From: Squalus acanthias
Taxonomy: Eukaryota
Direction of reading: 5' to 3'
Assembly: GCA_030390025.1 (NCBI GenBank)
Contig: CM059431.1
Location: 120,282,001-120,346,000, forward strand
DNA: 64,000 nucleotides
Shown here: positions 13,027 to 26,915 of the stretch, in pieces
Numbering within the stretch: position 1 is the stretch's first letter
Layout of the letters: each line of letters starts with the position of its first letter
Notes under the pieces: model-generated
Told to the model about the DNA's origin: nothing
Seen by the model: the letters and a program-made list of their open reading frames with translations, nothing else
The model's database searches: none
Made by a program: the position numbers and the translations under genes

Positions 13027-13095
13027 AGAATCTTACAGCACAGAAAGAGGCCATTCAGCCTGTCATGCCTGTGCCGGCTCTTTGAAAGAGCTGTA
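13027..13095 (-). mobile_element. CR1 3' tail fragment
   Basis: TAGAATCTTACAGCACAGAAAGAGGCCATTCAGCC..CCGGCTCTTTGAAAGAG, homologous to 14838-14905. Confidence 0.7.
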
Positions 13096-14825
13096 ACCAA
13101 GTTCTTCTTCATCTGTAGTTTACTCATCAGCAGTTGCAGATTCAGTTGTTGCAATGCATTTGCTGACTATAGCTGCGTATTGCAATTGGCAAGTACAGCG
13201 GGAGAGCCAAACTCTGTATCAGTTGACAAGAAGAATGTGCATGAAGATGGAATTGAGGGAGAACTACTCAGAGGGCAAGGCAGGAGTCTGGAATGATTCT
13301 GGGCATGACAAAGTGGGCCAGGAATGATTCCACGCCAGTTAGTTTAGGCTAGGCTAGTTTAGGCTAGCCTCCTTCTGTGTTGTAACCATTCTATGATGCC
13401 ATGATTCTAAGAATGACTCCGGGTGGGGTGGACCAGGGTTTAAAGTTTTTCAGGTGCCCAGTCTGAGGGCTTCTCAGCCTGCATACTCGTTCACTCACCC
13501 ATCGCCCATAGTGCATCTTAACCCACCTGCTTCCCAGTTCACTGCAAGTGCTTTCCAGTTTGCCTACCTGACGTTCCTCAGCTGTTTCCCAGTCCACTAG
13601 CGCAGCACAAGTGGTTCCCAGGCCCTTACCCTGAACTGGAAAAATACAAGAGAAAATGGTTATCAATAGCCTGACAATGTTGTAATCCACTACTCGTCTC
13701 TTTAAACAGATTTCCACATGGTGCCCATTGCCAGGTTACCTTTAACACCAACTTATATGGGTAGGTGCATGAAATTGACTGAAATGACAGAAAATCGCAT
13801 CAATTTTATTCATCATATCAATATGCACTAATTTACATCCACCAATTGATAAATGGAGGGTGCTTCCGAGGGTAATCCTTATCAGAGAATCGTAACAGAT
13901 GGAAAATGGGAAGAGATCCATGAAACTAGATTTTCCTGATTGGAATATCCAGACTGAGCTGCGTGAGCTGTGCTTGTAAGATTGCATATGTTGCCGAATC
14001 AGAACTACTAGGCCTAAGATTTTTTGTGTGTGTAGTTGATCATTGTCGCCTATTGTGTGTAGGGAATATAGGGGCATAAATTCAACATTATTGCACACAT
14101 TTTACAGGCCTAAAATTGGCTCAACGATGACAAATTTAGCAGAGCAACGGCACATGCCGGAAAAAGGAAAAAGGGAGAAATAACAGTTTAGGTAACGGCC
14201 ACACATATAAATCTAGGCAGTTCAACAGAACCTCAATATGGCGTATTTGAACCCATTGTTACATATCATAATATAAATACTTAAGAAGCATATAATGATC
14301 TACATATGTCACAAAACCTAGTATTAATCTTTAATGTATTAACGGAAATATAGGTTTAAACCCAGGCCTAGGTTGGGCGCTGGTCCTGTGTATCACCATA
14401 AGTAACACATGCTGAGAACTATCTATATTATACTCAGTTCAGTTGAGTTACATTTCTCCTTGCAACTTTTTCTTCTTCAGCAGGACCTTGAACTTTGATT
14501 CTTAGTATTAAGAGGGGAGTAGGGAACCCTCCTTTTTTCCCCATATCTCTTACTTTCCCTTGTTCTGAGAAGCAGTAAATCCTGTTGCAATAGCAATGCA
14601 GTATAATAATACCTTACTACCAGGATAATGCTTGTTAAGAATCTACATCATTCCTATTGACCTTGCGAAAAAGATTCTGGATGTCATCCAAGACCACCAC
14701 TTGTTTTATCTATGATCATCACCTGTTACCAATGTGAATGGTATTTTCTATCAAGGGAATGATTGATTGTTTTTGCTGCCACAACATCAAATCCTTATAT
14801 AAACTTCCAAAAAGATAAGATCAGG

Positions 14826-16485
14826 CATGTAGAATCATAGAATCATATAGAACAGAATGAAGCCATTCAGCCCATTGTTTCTGTGTCGGCTCTTTGAAAG
14901 AGTTATCCAGTTAATCCCATTCCCCTGCTCTTTCTCCATAGCCCTGCAACTTTCTCATTTTCAAGTATATATCCAATTCCCTTTTGAAAGTTACTATTGA
15001 ATTTGTTTCCACCACCTTTTCAGGCAGTGCATTCCAGATCTCAACAACTTACTGTGTAAAGAAATGTCTCCTTTTATTTTTTATTCATGCATGGGATGTG
15101 GGTGTTGCTGGCAAGACCAGCATTTATTACCCATCCCTAATTGCCCTTGAGAAAGTGGTGGTGAGATGCCTTCTTGAACCGCTGCAATTTGTGTGGTGAA
15201 AGTACTCCCACAGTGCTGTGCGGTAGGGAGTTCCAGGATTTTGACCCAGCGACGATGAAGGATCGGCGATATATTTCCAAGTCAGGATGGTGTGTGACTT
15301 GGAAGGGAACTTAGAGGTGGTGGTGTTCCCATGCACCTGCTGCCCTTGTCCTTCTAGGTGATAGAGGTCGCAGGTTTGGGAGCCTTGGCGAGTTTCTGCA
15401 GTGCATCTTGTAGATGATGCACACTGCAGCCATGGTGCGCCAGTGGTGGAGGGAGTGAATGTTTAAGGTGGTGGATGGGGTGCCAATCAAGTGGGCTGCT
15501 TTGTCCTGGATGGTGTCAAGCTTCTTCAGTATTGTTGGAGCTGCACTCATCCAGGCAAGTGGAGAGTATTCCATCACACTCCTGACTTGAGCATTGTAGA
15601 TGGTGGAAAGGCTTTAGGGAGTCAGGAGGTGAGTCACTCACTGCAGAATACACAACCTCTGACCTACTCTTGTAGCCACAGTATTTATGTGGCTACTCCA
15701 GTAAAGTTTCTGATCAATGGTGACCCTCCGGATGTTGATGGTGGGAGATTTGACGATGGTCATGCCATTGAATGTCAAGGGGAGGTGGTTAGACTTTCTC
15801 TTGTTGGAGATAGTCATTACCTGGCACTTGAGTGACGCAAATGTTACTTGCCACTTATCAGCCCAAGCCTGAATGCTGTCCAGATCTTGCTGTATGCAGG
15901 CACAGACTGCTTCATTATCTGAGGAGTTGTGAATGGAACTGAACATTGTGCAATCATCAGCAAACATCCCCATTTCTGAGCTTATGATGGAGGAAAGGTC
16001 ATTGATGAAGCAGCTGAAGATGGTTGGGCCTAGGACACTGCCCTGAGGAACTCCTGAAGCGATGTCCTGGGGCTGAGATGAATGGCCTCCAACAACGACA
16101 ACCATCTTCCTTTGTGCTAGGTATGACTCCAGCTATTTCCTGACTTCCTCATTTCCTGCCTAGATTTTTTGCCAATTATCTTAAATCGGTGTCCTCTGGT
16201 TACCGACCCTCCTGCCATTGGAAACAGTTTCTCCCTATCAACTCTATCAAAACCCCTCATAATTTTGAACACCCATATTAAATCTCCCTTTAAGCCTTCT
16301 TTGCTCTAAAAAGAACAAAACCAGCTTCTCTAGTCTCTCCACAAAACAGATGTTCCTCATCCCTGGTACCATTCTGATAAATCTCCTCTGCACTTTCTCC
16401 AAGACCTTGACATCCTTCCTAAAGTGTGGTGCCCAGAATTGGAAACAGGGCCTAAACAATGATTTTTAAAGTTTTACCATAACTT
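14826..16485 (-). mobile_element. CR1 3' fragment split by a LINE-A insertion
   Basis: QFWAPHFRKDVKVLEKVQRRFIRMVPGM peptide at 16247-16459. Tail (CATAGAAT) at about 14830. Confidence 0.85.
15072..16133 (-). mobile_element. LINE-A, 5'-truncated, inserted in CR1
   Basis: GVPQGSVLGPTIFSCFIND..MFADDCT RT motifs. Same 3' end as 1-1875. Confidence 0.92.
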
Positions 16486-16777
16486 TCTTCTGGGCCGTAG
16501 GCATTGGATCGCACTACAAATTGAGGCACGATCTTGGTGCAACACTCAATGAGGCTGGCGTCAAGACCACAGCAAATTTATCCGCTGGCCTTGTTTGGAT
16601 AGTACTGGCAAGCTGCAGGCACTATTAGCAGCCCCAGAGACAACTTGCCAGTCACGGGGGTAGCTGCAAGATTGGCCGTATCAAACGTCGGGGAGTGGTG
16701 GACAGCAGCTGCCTGTGGAGGTGCACTCCTGGGGAGCAATTTCTCAAAGTTGCCTGAAACAGGGCCCCGATTTGCAT

Positions 16778-17043
16778 AATGAGGAGGAATTTCTTCACCC
16801 AGAGAGTGGTGAACCTGTGGAATTCTCTGCCACAGAAGGCAGTAGAGGCCAATTCATTAAATAGATTCAAGAAGGAGTTGGATATATTTCTTAAGGCTAA
16901 AGGGATCAAGGGATATGGGGAGAAAGCAGGGACAGGGTACTGAATTTGGATGATCAGCCATGATCGCATTGAATGGCGGAGCAGGCTAGAGGGGCCGAAT
17001 GGCCGACTCCTGCTCCTATCTTCTATGATTCTATGATTCTATG
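16778..17043 (+). mobile_element. CR1 3' end fragment
   Basis: Near-identical to 4127-4390. (ATTCTATG)n tail. Confidence 0.92.
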
Positions 17044-17060
17044 AAAAAAAAGATCTGACA

Positions 17061-17504
17061 TGGTAAATTGTTAAAATGCCAATGAGCTATCCTTAATGTA
17101 ATTTACTCTAAGATTGTAAATAATAAAGCGGAACCTCAGAGGCCTGGTGAGCAGTTCTGGCAGAGCAGAGCAGGACCCGATAGTGCTTTATGTGGTCCAG
17201 CCAGATCTGGCGATGAATGGCTAAATCAGCTATCCGCCATAAACATTAAATTTTGCGTCCCTTGGACTTAAGGGAGTGGAAAGCCATACCAGGGGAGCAA
17301 CCAGGGTGGCAGAGAGTAATGGTTTTTAATGGGGCCCCAAAGATAAGTTGTATTGATTGAATTAAGAGAACTTGGTCATATCTAATGCATTGTATATTCA
17401 CCTTGCTGTGGAATAAAGTGGTTTAACAGTTCACGCCAAGCCTCACCTCGTCTAGTGTTAACTCGATCCATCTTCGGAGAGATTGAAGAAATACACATGT
17501 AACA
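17061..17504 (+). mobile_element. Solo LTR (444 bp)
   Basis: TGGTAAAT...ATGTAACA termini, 4-bp TSD GACA (17057-17060 / 17505-17508), AATAAA about 90 bp before the 3' end. Confidence 0.7.
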
Positions 17505-19597
17505 GACATTGATATCTTGTTCAGGTCACAGAGCAACTCCATTATTACATTCCTGGTTCCTACAATCATTTAAGTAGATACAGATCAACTCCCATAAAAG
17601 TAAGATGCTCAGGCCACATACTGCAGCGATTGACACCACTGAACCCAAGAAGGCATCTACAGAAGACTCGAATTCATAACAGCAGTTTTAATATACAACA
17701 AAATATCTGAACTTAATTGGGAATGCTCTGATTAATAATATTTGCTAATCGGGACAATTTCAATTGCTGAAACAACTGGCAGAAAAAGTACAGAAAATAA
17801 TCAGTAAATGAAGCACTATAATTGAGCATTGGTTGCAGCTGGATAGTTTCAAACAACTGCCAGGACAGAAGTAAACATTAGCAATGTTATATTAATAGGC
17901 GTAGACTCAACAATTAATAATCGGAAAACTGATATACTGATATAACATGAGTTTGGAACAAATGTCAATTATAGAGCATCTAGCGCACTGAATGTTCTCC
18001 TTGTGAAGCAAAGATAACAAATAGTCGTGATGTACATATGTATTCAAATTGCTATGATCAAAATGAACAAACAGATGATGCAATTGTGTTTGGGAATTTC
18101 CTAACTATAGTCCTGGAATGTGTGCTGTTTGATAATAACATGTGAATGCTTAACAATTGTATACGAAATTTCAAGTACGCTCTTTCAATGGAGGCATTAA
18201 GCCATTTATTTAAAAGGACGTACTGCCTCCACTAAAATAGCATTCAAAGGGATTTCATATGAACATAATATAAGCATTTATATACTATTATCACAAAGCA
18301 TAATTTCTAGGCCACAGTTTAAACTTTAAAATCTTGCGACACATTACAGAGATGAAGACTGAATCTGAACTGATATTTGGAGTGATTTGAATGTGACCAA
18401 ATTCAAATCAATTAGGATTAAAGTACTAATAAAACAAAGGAAAAATGTCCTCTGTATGCTAGTTGTGGCAAAATCACAATCATTTTCTTTTATGTTTATA
18501 TTTACAATTTTATTATCAATAGCAAAGAAAGGAAACCTCTATCCAAAGAGACAAGAGCCTTAAAATAATTGTTGCTGATATTGGCTGGGAACTTACTGTG
18601 ACCTCCATATTAACACCACCTCCCACCGCCTCCCCCTCCCCCCGCCCCACCACCACGAGGTTTAAAAAAGTGAAATGTGTGGAATGTGAATCCAATCTGC
18701 CGTGCCTGCTATTAACATATTTAAATCAGGCTTGCACAGTGCAATTTGGAGCCTGTAAAATTTGCAGCTGCTGCACGGGTTTCCCAGGGTTCAGGAAACT
18801 TGGCAGTGAAATGAAGGCAGGAGCTGTAGGCTTCCCAATGTAAGCAGCTGTTTCAGCACTCCTTCAGCAGGAGTGCTCCCCTGGGCCCCTCAAGGAAACT
18901 TTCGGCCCTTCCCCAGCCCCGATTGCCAGCCTCCTCGCCTCAGCCCCACTCTCCAGCCACCCCACCCCAGTCCCAAACTCCAGCCACCCCTCAGCCCTCC
19001 GATCACAGGACGCTTCCCCCCCACCCCCCTACCTCCCACAGTTGCCAGCCTCCCCTGATCTTTCCTCTTTATAAAATGGTTCATGTGAATTAATCTGTTA
19101 CAATGAATAATCAGACCACCTGAGGTGATGCTCCCAATGATAGTTTAAGGCATTTAACCTCAAATTTCATTCACCCAAATCAAAAGGTCTTCCAAAGTAC
19201 AGCGAGAAAGTGCAGTATAACAGACAACAGTGCATACAAGGTTAGCTTAAAGTCAGGAATAGATGATAACCAAAGACAGAAAGCAACAACCACGGTCCAA
19301 CAACTTGCTATAGACACAGAGGGAAGGGAAATTTTCTTACTCTGCAGCCAAGCCATTCTGCTACTTAAGGAGAGCGATCATTAACCTTTATAATATTATT
19401 ACCCAAAGCATCAGGCTAAAACTGGAAAAGTACCAGTGCCACCTTGCAACATGGCCTGTGAGATGAACCTTGTTAAGTCTGTACTGTAATCTTCGACATT
19501 GATTGTTACTCTCCTATTAAGTGAAACCCAGCTAAGGCAAACTAATCATGATACCTATCATTAAGTGTGTTATTGTAGTTAAAGGTCACTGCATCTT

Positions 19598-19716
19598 GAT
19601 GGCATACATCCTAGGCAGTTGAAGGCAGTGAGAGAGGTGTAGCAGAGGTTCTAACTACAATTTTTCAATCCTGCTTAGATATGCCAATTGTGCCAGTGTA
19701 CTGGAGGGTTGCCAAT
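19598..19716 (+). mobile_element. Old CR1 RT fragment
   Basis: DGIHPRQLK..AEVLTTIFQSCLDMPIVPVYWRVAN-like translation. Confidence 0.6.
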
Positions 19717-19934
19717 GGAGAGAACAGGAGAAAAGAATGAAGAGAACAGGAGAAAAGTAAAGAGTCAACTTCAAGGTTTCTGTTTCTGTTTGTCAAAGGA
19801 GGTTATTTTTGCTCTGTACAATGTTGTAAAACAGGCAATATCGGATCAGCTGCCCGACTTCAATGGAATGGAAAGTGGGCGGCCTATCTGATACCGTACA
19901 TTTTACACTGGAGCCGAAAGGCAAAATGACCCCC

Positions 19935-21842
19935 AACAACAATTTGCATTTATGTAGTGCCTTTAACATTGTAAAAAGCCCCAAGGCACTTCACCAGAGT
20001 GATTATCAAACAAAATTTGACACTGAGCCACATAAAGAGATATTAGCAGAGGTGAGAGGTAGGTTTTAAGAAGCTTCTTAAAGCAGGAGAGAGGTAGAGA
20101 GGCAGAGAGGTTTAGGGAGTGAATTCCAAAGCTTAGGGACTAGATAGCTGAAGGTACGGCTGCCGATGGTGGAGTGATTAAAATCGGGGATGCACAAGAG
20201 GCTGGAATTGAAGGAGCGCAGAGATCTCAGAGGGATACAGGGCTGGAGAAGGTTACAGAGATAGGGAGAGGTAAGGCTTTGGAGAGATTTGAAAACAAGG
20301 ATGCAAATTTTAAAACAGAGGTGTTGCCGGACCAGGAGCCAATGTAGGTCAGTGAGCACAGGGGTGATGGGCAAACAGGATTGGGTGCGAGTTAAGATAC
20401 CTACGGGCAGCAGAGTTTTGGATGATTCCGAGTTTACGGAGGGTGTAAGGTGGGAGGCCAGCCAGGAGAGCATTGGAATAATCGAGGCTAGAAGTAACAA
20501 ATGCTTGGATGAAGGTTTCAGCTGCACATGAGCTGAGGCAGGCGCGGAGATGGGTGATGTTACGGTGGTGGAAGTAGGCGGTCTTGGTGATGGAGAGGAT
20601 ATGGGGTCAGAAGCTCTGCTCAGGGTCAACTAGAATGCTAAGGTTGCAAACGGTCTGGTTTAGCCTCAGACAGTGGCTAGGAGAGGGATGGAGTCGATGG
20701 CTGGGGAACAGAGTTTGTGACGGGGACTGAAGACAATGGCTTTGGTCTTCCCAATATTTAATTGGAGGAAATTTCTGTTCATCGAATACTGGATGTCGTG
20801 CAAGCAGTCTGACAAATCAGAGGCAGTGGAGGGGTCGAGAAAGGTTGTGGTGAGGTAGAGCTGCATGTCTTCAGCGTACATGTGAAACCTGATGGGCCGT
20901 AGTTTGCGGCCCCTATGGGTGTCTACGAGGTGCGCACACACCCGTAAGGGCCACGCAAGTTCCCGGAACTTGCGATCTGTCTTGACAGATCATACGCATC
21001 CCCAGGAAAAGGGCATCCACGGACAGAGAAACTACTGCCCAGCGAATGCCCGTGAGATTCTTACGCCTGGTAAAAGCAAGCGTAAGGACTGCTTTTATCC
21101 ACGTAAGAGTTTTAAAAAACAGAAAAATACATTTTTTTCAATAATTTATACATTTAAAAACCTGTGAAATAAGGTAAGTTTTTTTTAGCCCCTTTAAAAC
21201 ATATACATTTATTTTTCAAAAATTAAATTTTTGTTTTAAATCTTTAATTAAATGCCATTTTAATTCATTTTAAAAATGTCTTTTTTTTTATTTGAAGTGT
21301 AGATGTAATTTTTTGGAGTATTCCCATTCATACTTATGGGGTTTCTGTACATACGGAATTCCCATAAGCATGAATGGGGATTCCCTGCTGTCATTCATTG
21401 GGCTGGCCCACAGGATCCCAGGGGCGCTCGCGAACCACCTGCGCCCGAGATACGTGGGCCTCTACCCGCAGGTACCCGGAGAGGCCCGGGACTGCGAGTC
21501 TCCGTACCTCCCGGACCACCAGGTAGGCACGGATTTTATTTGCGGATCGGAGGCATTTCCCTGCGGGAAGCCTCCGACCCCAAATTCAGGGCCAATGTGT
21601 TTTATGATGATGTTTTCGAGGGGCAGCATGTAGGTAAGAAATAGGAGGGGACCTATAATAGCTCATTGGGGGACTCCAGCGGTAACGGTGTGGGAGCAGG
21701 ATGAGAAGCCGTTGCAGGTGATTCTATGGCTACAACTGGACAGATATGAATGGAGTCAGACGAGGGCAGTCCCACCCAGCTGGACAACGGAGGAGTGGCC
21801 TTTAAGGAGGATGGTGTGGTCAACCGTGTCAAATGCTGCAGA
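19935..21842 (-). mobile_element. L2 LINE fragment interrupted by a MITE
   Basis: FHMYAEDMQLY..FLQLNIGKTK and ITPVLTDLHWL..FKICILVFK. (ACA)n tail at 19935. RT resumes at 21594 (LLFLTYMLPL). Confidence 0.9.
20894..21593. mobile_element. MITE family B (700 bp) inserted in L2
   Basis: TIRs GGGCCGTAGTTTG / rc GGCCCTGAATTTG, flanks GAT/AAT, AT-rich centre. Homologous to 49880-50644. Confidence 0.85.
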
Positions 21843-23277
21843 GTTCACACGTGTCCACACTGTTACATCCTTGACTCTCTCATCTTCCTCATCTACATGG
21901 TGCCCTTTAGTCACCTCAGCTGCTGTCATGGGGGTGAAATTGGTTTTCGGTGGTAGAGCAAAATGAGCGACAATGAATTGGCAGCTTATTATAAATTTTT
22001 AGAGTTGATCTGTGCTCCACAACCAACTTATTTGCTGCCAAATTGTGTGTGCGAGGAAAAGGATTTACTGTTGGGCTGGTGTTTAGGGATTAACTGTGTG
22101 ATTCATCCATTTTTTGGCTGAAGTGAAACACAGTTGAATGAGGAAAGATTTTGTATAAATATAGCATTTGTTGTTGCTCCTGTCCATTATCACTCAGTTT
22201 ATATCTTAGGATCTGCTGTGGCAACTCAAATTGCGTTCCCTTTAGCCCGCCATGGTGTACGCAATTAAAATAGGTCTTAGCTCACATTCTTTGCCATAAA
22301 ATTGGTGAGTAAAAATTATGTGAGGTAGGAAGTGACTGGTTACATCTCCAATTGAAACATTTATTAGGTACCAAAACAACACTACGCAATGACAAAGCTG
22401 TGGGAAAATTTTCCTCTGACACGTATTGACATGTTATAAATATAGCTGGAAAATCTCCTCGGATCGTTATTTCCAGGAAATCATAAATACACTCTTTCAG
22501 ATTTTTTCTGCAATTTAGCTAGAAATAGTAAGAGTAGGAAATCTTCCTGCTTTGTATACAATGTCACTAATATACAGCAGAGTATAGCTTCCCCATAAAT
22601 TAATACTTGTGCATGAAGGAAAGTATCTTTGAGAACATACGAATGGTGCCTTCCATTGCACACTAGGGGAATATAGAATCAATTCTTTCCTGTCTAAAAA
22701 TTAGCTGACAGAAAACAGAGCCTATGAGTAGTAAAGCACTCCAATATTTGGAGGATATAGGGTCTGCAATGCATTAAAATGTTTACATACACCACAGACC
22801 TCAGTGTAAAAGATTACTTCATAAGGACCAGTTGCATTAAACTTAAGCAGGAAAAGTCAATGTGAAGTGTTGACGCAAAACTTTAGTGTTGTCAAGAGAT
22901 ATCAGCACATTAAACAGTTGCCTGGAAGCATCATACTTATAGCTCAGTGTCAATAAATCACCCTCCTGTGTATACACTTTTGTGGTGCTCACATGATTTT
23001 ACAACGTAAACATCAATTGTCTGCAGTCCACATCTGTGTAAGCTACAGGTTGTGGAGGACAGCTGAAGTAATTATTCCACTTTAAAGCCTTGTTTTAGTG
23101 AAAGAAAGATTTAGACGCTTCCATTAACCATTTTCCCATTGAATTCCTGTCGTTTAATTGACACAAAAACTGGTAATCAACAGTACTTAATACTCTGCAT
23201 TTTACTTGAAGAATTAAAGTAGAGCTCAGAAACTTAGGAAAATACTTGTGGTAGTGTCATGTACTGAGGAGTTGGTG

Positions 23278-23880
23278 GTCTAGAAACTGGATCGCACTGC
23301 GCCGTTTTACAGGTTTTAAATGGGCGCCTAATGGTCCAATATGGCGGGCGGCGTGCGAGTGCTCAGTCCTCACCAGAAGTGCCTGCCATATTGGTAAAGA
23401 CTCCTCTGTAGACATCCAGGGTGCGCATGCCTGAAACTGGCACTAGGCCCTTTGCATATGCAAGGAGGGAGCCTAACGCCTGTATGAGGCCCCCTTTTGC
23501 AAAATTCGGTTGTGCAGGACCGCAGTTTCTTCAGGCGCTTGGCAGCCACACCAACGGTTCTTAAAGGAATTACTGGAGGCTGCAAGATAAGGTTGAACAT
23601 TTTTACTTACCTTATTGTGGAGATTCTGCTTTTCCCGGTTCCACATTAAATCCGTGGGATGCTGCCAGCCACCGCTTGCGCCCCACCCTACCCCACCCCA
23701 CCCATAGTCTCTCATTACGACCTTGGCCAGCATCAGAGCTGGCCAAATAGGCTGCCACCCTCATCCCCAGACACCCGGTACCAGTGAGCTGCCTCGGGAG
23801 CTCGCAGCTTGTCAGTAATAATTAAATGAGGCCGGAAGACCAATTTACCATGATCCTACCACCGGCATCATTAGGCATGT
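23278..23880. mobile_element. GC-rich MITE-like element, ends unresolved
   Basis: GGTCTAGAAACTGG start resembling the one at about 63565. GC-rich interior in AT-rich context. Confidence 0.4.
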
Positions 23881-26800
23881 GCAATCTCTAGGCTGTTAAG
23901 TTTCTCCATGATGTACAGTACTCAGTTAGCTCCAGCATCCAGACTTCAGCTACGGATTGTAACTTTATGACTTTGTCCTCTTTTTAACTGTTACTGAATG
24001 TACTTCCGAGCTCCTAAATAAAGTGCTCAAAATATGAAATAAAGTAGTTTCTGACGCCGATGAGCTGTATTTTATTAAACTGAATATTCTTATTGCTTCA
24101 TTTTGTATTTCATTGCATCCGTAATGGGGAGATGGAAGCAGAGGAACTAAATGTCGTTCCCAGCATCGCCATGTCACACAGAGGTCATATTTCGAAGCAT
24201 GCCATCATGTTATGTGCTTGTAAACAAATGGAAAAAGCTTTGCCATTATTTTTCATGAAGAAGGTGCTCTTTTATCACTTGTTTTCTTCTTTCTTGCACT
24301 TCTCTTTCATTCTACTATCATATTCTTCAATCATCATTTTTATTCTTATAAGAAAGCATGGAACTGTGTTGAGTATCATGACTCATTTCATCTAGAAACA
24401 GCTGTAAGTTAATCCCTGTGTATTTTAACTGAGTCAGATAGCAGGAAAAACGTCAAAGTAATAAAAGGTCCATCTATCACTAGTATTCAATGAAGCGATT
24501 AATTAAAGTAGTTTAGTCGACCTCCCAAGCAGACCAAGATACAAATTTCCTCAGTTTAAGGTTAGCAGTCTGAAGAAAGCTGAAAAACAGTTTAAACAGT
24601 CATTTGATCAAATTAAGATCCAAATAAAATCAGGACATTCACCAAGAGATTGAATGGGATGTTTACTGCCACATTTTTCCATTTATTGAAATTGTGTTTA
24701 AAATGTTGAAGTTTGCAACAAAAAAAATATAAGTTTGCTAGAGGATAGCTAGCCCAGCAAGGGCCTTAAATACTGGAACAAAACACCAGATGCAGGGGTC
24801 ACTGGATAGTGGTCAGGAGTGGAAGCCCTGGCTGCATTTCCCCTCACTACTCTCGGGGCACTGATGACAATTCCAGCATCGACACTGCTACAACGGCTGA
24901 AATCAACTTTCTTAGTGCAGTGCAGCTCTCAAAACTGCTACCTTTTCACTTTTGGGACTCAGTTACGTTCTACTTTTACCAAAAGAATCATCATTGAGCC
25001 GTTTAACTCTTGTGTGTAGGCAACGTCAATCTGATTCCATTACTTCCATTTTTACAAGCATTGAGATTCAAGGGCCCGGAATTTGCAGTCAGCGGTGAAG
25101 CAAAGGCGTTCGCCGTTGACTCCGAAGAAAGCTGCACAAAGATCTCGCGGTCTCTGTGGTGAGAAGTTTGCCTTTTTTGACGAGCAAGTGATTTCAGTGT
25201 AATATAATGGGGATCCCCATGAGCGCTCTGCTGTGACATCAACAAGCTGTCTAAGCAGCCAATCACAATGCAGAATTCTCACATACAGGGTACCAGGAAG
25301 TGAAGAAGCTGCTTTTATTCAGACTTTTTAAAACCGTTAAAGTTGGCAGGGCCTGCGGGAAACCCGTTCTCCCGAATTTCCCGAATGCCTCAGAGACCCC
25401 CCGGATTCCCCATTAAAATTCAGCCCAATATTGATCCTGTTAAATACCATTGGGCAAAAACATTTCCGTTATATAGATAACAGTAAGCTAAAGGTTTCTT
25501 CTTAGTATATTGGGTTGATTATAAATCTTTTCCAAACCTTTAATTATTTTCCTTTTCCACAGGATGTCCCAAGTCTCTTCCAGACCATAAGCTCCCTCGA
25601 GCATCAAACTGGGGTGGAAATTCATGTGGGCCTGTTTTCAAGATACCTTCCTTGGTGGGAAGAGAATGTTCCAACTTCTCCCACAAATGTTTATGAGTTT
25701 TATGACTAAACAATCTGTTTTTGATGGTGTAAGTTAAAAAAACGATTTTGTGAGATGAAAATCAGGAAACAAAGATTATTTATGCTATAGTGGAATAATA
25801 ACATCTTCAAAAATCTCCTCAAAAACTTTCTCTTTGGCTACCTTTCTGACTCTTCTACAGTTTGCCATCCATCTCTTCTCTGTGAACTCCCTTGGGACAT
25901 CAATTACATTAAAGATGCTGTAGAAATGCAAGTTGTTGTAAAGGACATAGACGTAGCTTTTTCCCCAGAGTCGACTTTGGGGGGCCAGCTGGTGGAACGT
26001 GCTGGCTAGCTGGCCCCTAATGCCAATGGGAGGCTTGGTCTATTTTGAGGACCGGGCCTTATTAGCATCAGGATGACGGTCTGCTGCCAGAAATCGTGCA
26101 ACCCAGCGCAGTCCGCCGGCTCTGAGCCCTCACAATATCAGGCAGCCCGGCCAGTCACCAACCCCAAAGAAGGTAGGTACTGGGGGCGGAGGACCCTGAT
26201 CTCTGGGAAGAGGGAGGATGGGGAATCTGGAGTGGCAGTGGGCCCAGGCTGGTTTTACAGAGCCCGGAAAAGTGCTATTGATGTCCTAGGACGCTGATCT
26301 AAATATCAGCTGGGAGCCTCCTACTCAGAGGACCCCATAAAAATGGCCAAGGCCACCGCAAAATAGTAATTTCTTACATTCAGGTGGCTAATGTTCCGCT
26401 TCTGCCGAGCGGGAAGCCTGAAAATTCAGTCATTTTTATTTGCTTGTGGCTGTGTTCTCTGCTACGAGTTGCACATTAATGAATCTGTCTGCTAACATGG
26501 TGCTTAAGATCATAAAATAATGGCATGCGTCCATGAAAATGTAAAATTTGGGATGTACATAAATACAACTGTAACCAATGTGTAATAATAAATAAGTAAT
26601 GGGTCAACATCAATTTAAAGTTTAGAACAGTAACAAGTGTTTAAGAGATAACTGACAGGACCAAGTAGTTATTTAAACTGAATGAATTTTATTTTCCCAG
26701 GGAATTAAAATCCTTGTTTCAAACCAAACAAATGTCTGAAAGTAATTTCCATCTTCCTTCCTGTTTAGAAATGAAACACGCTAAAACCAATTTTCTAGCC

Positions 26801-26915
26801 ACACTGTTTGATTTAGATTTGATTGGTCAGTTCAGCTATTTTAACATGTTAATTTTCCTGGGAAGAAATAAATGAAAGAAATCTTTTCTTCTCTGCATTT
26901 TTTCTAAATTATATT

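Noticed and set aside
25545..25709. Acceptor TTTTCCTTTTCCACAG with a short ORF
   Set aside because: No recognisable protein, no convincing donor, and it contains a MITE-like GGGGTGGAAATT terminus.
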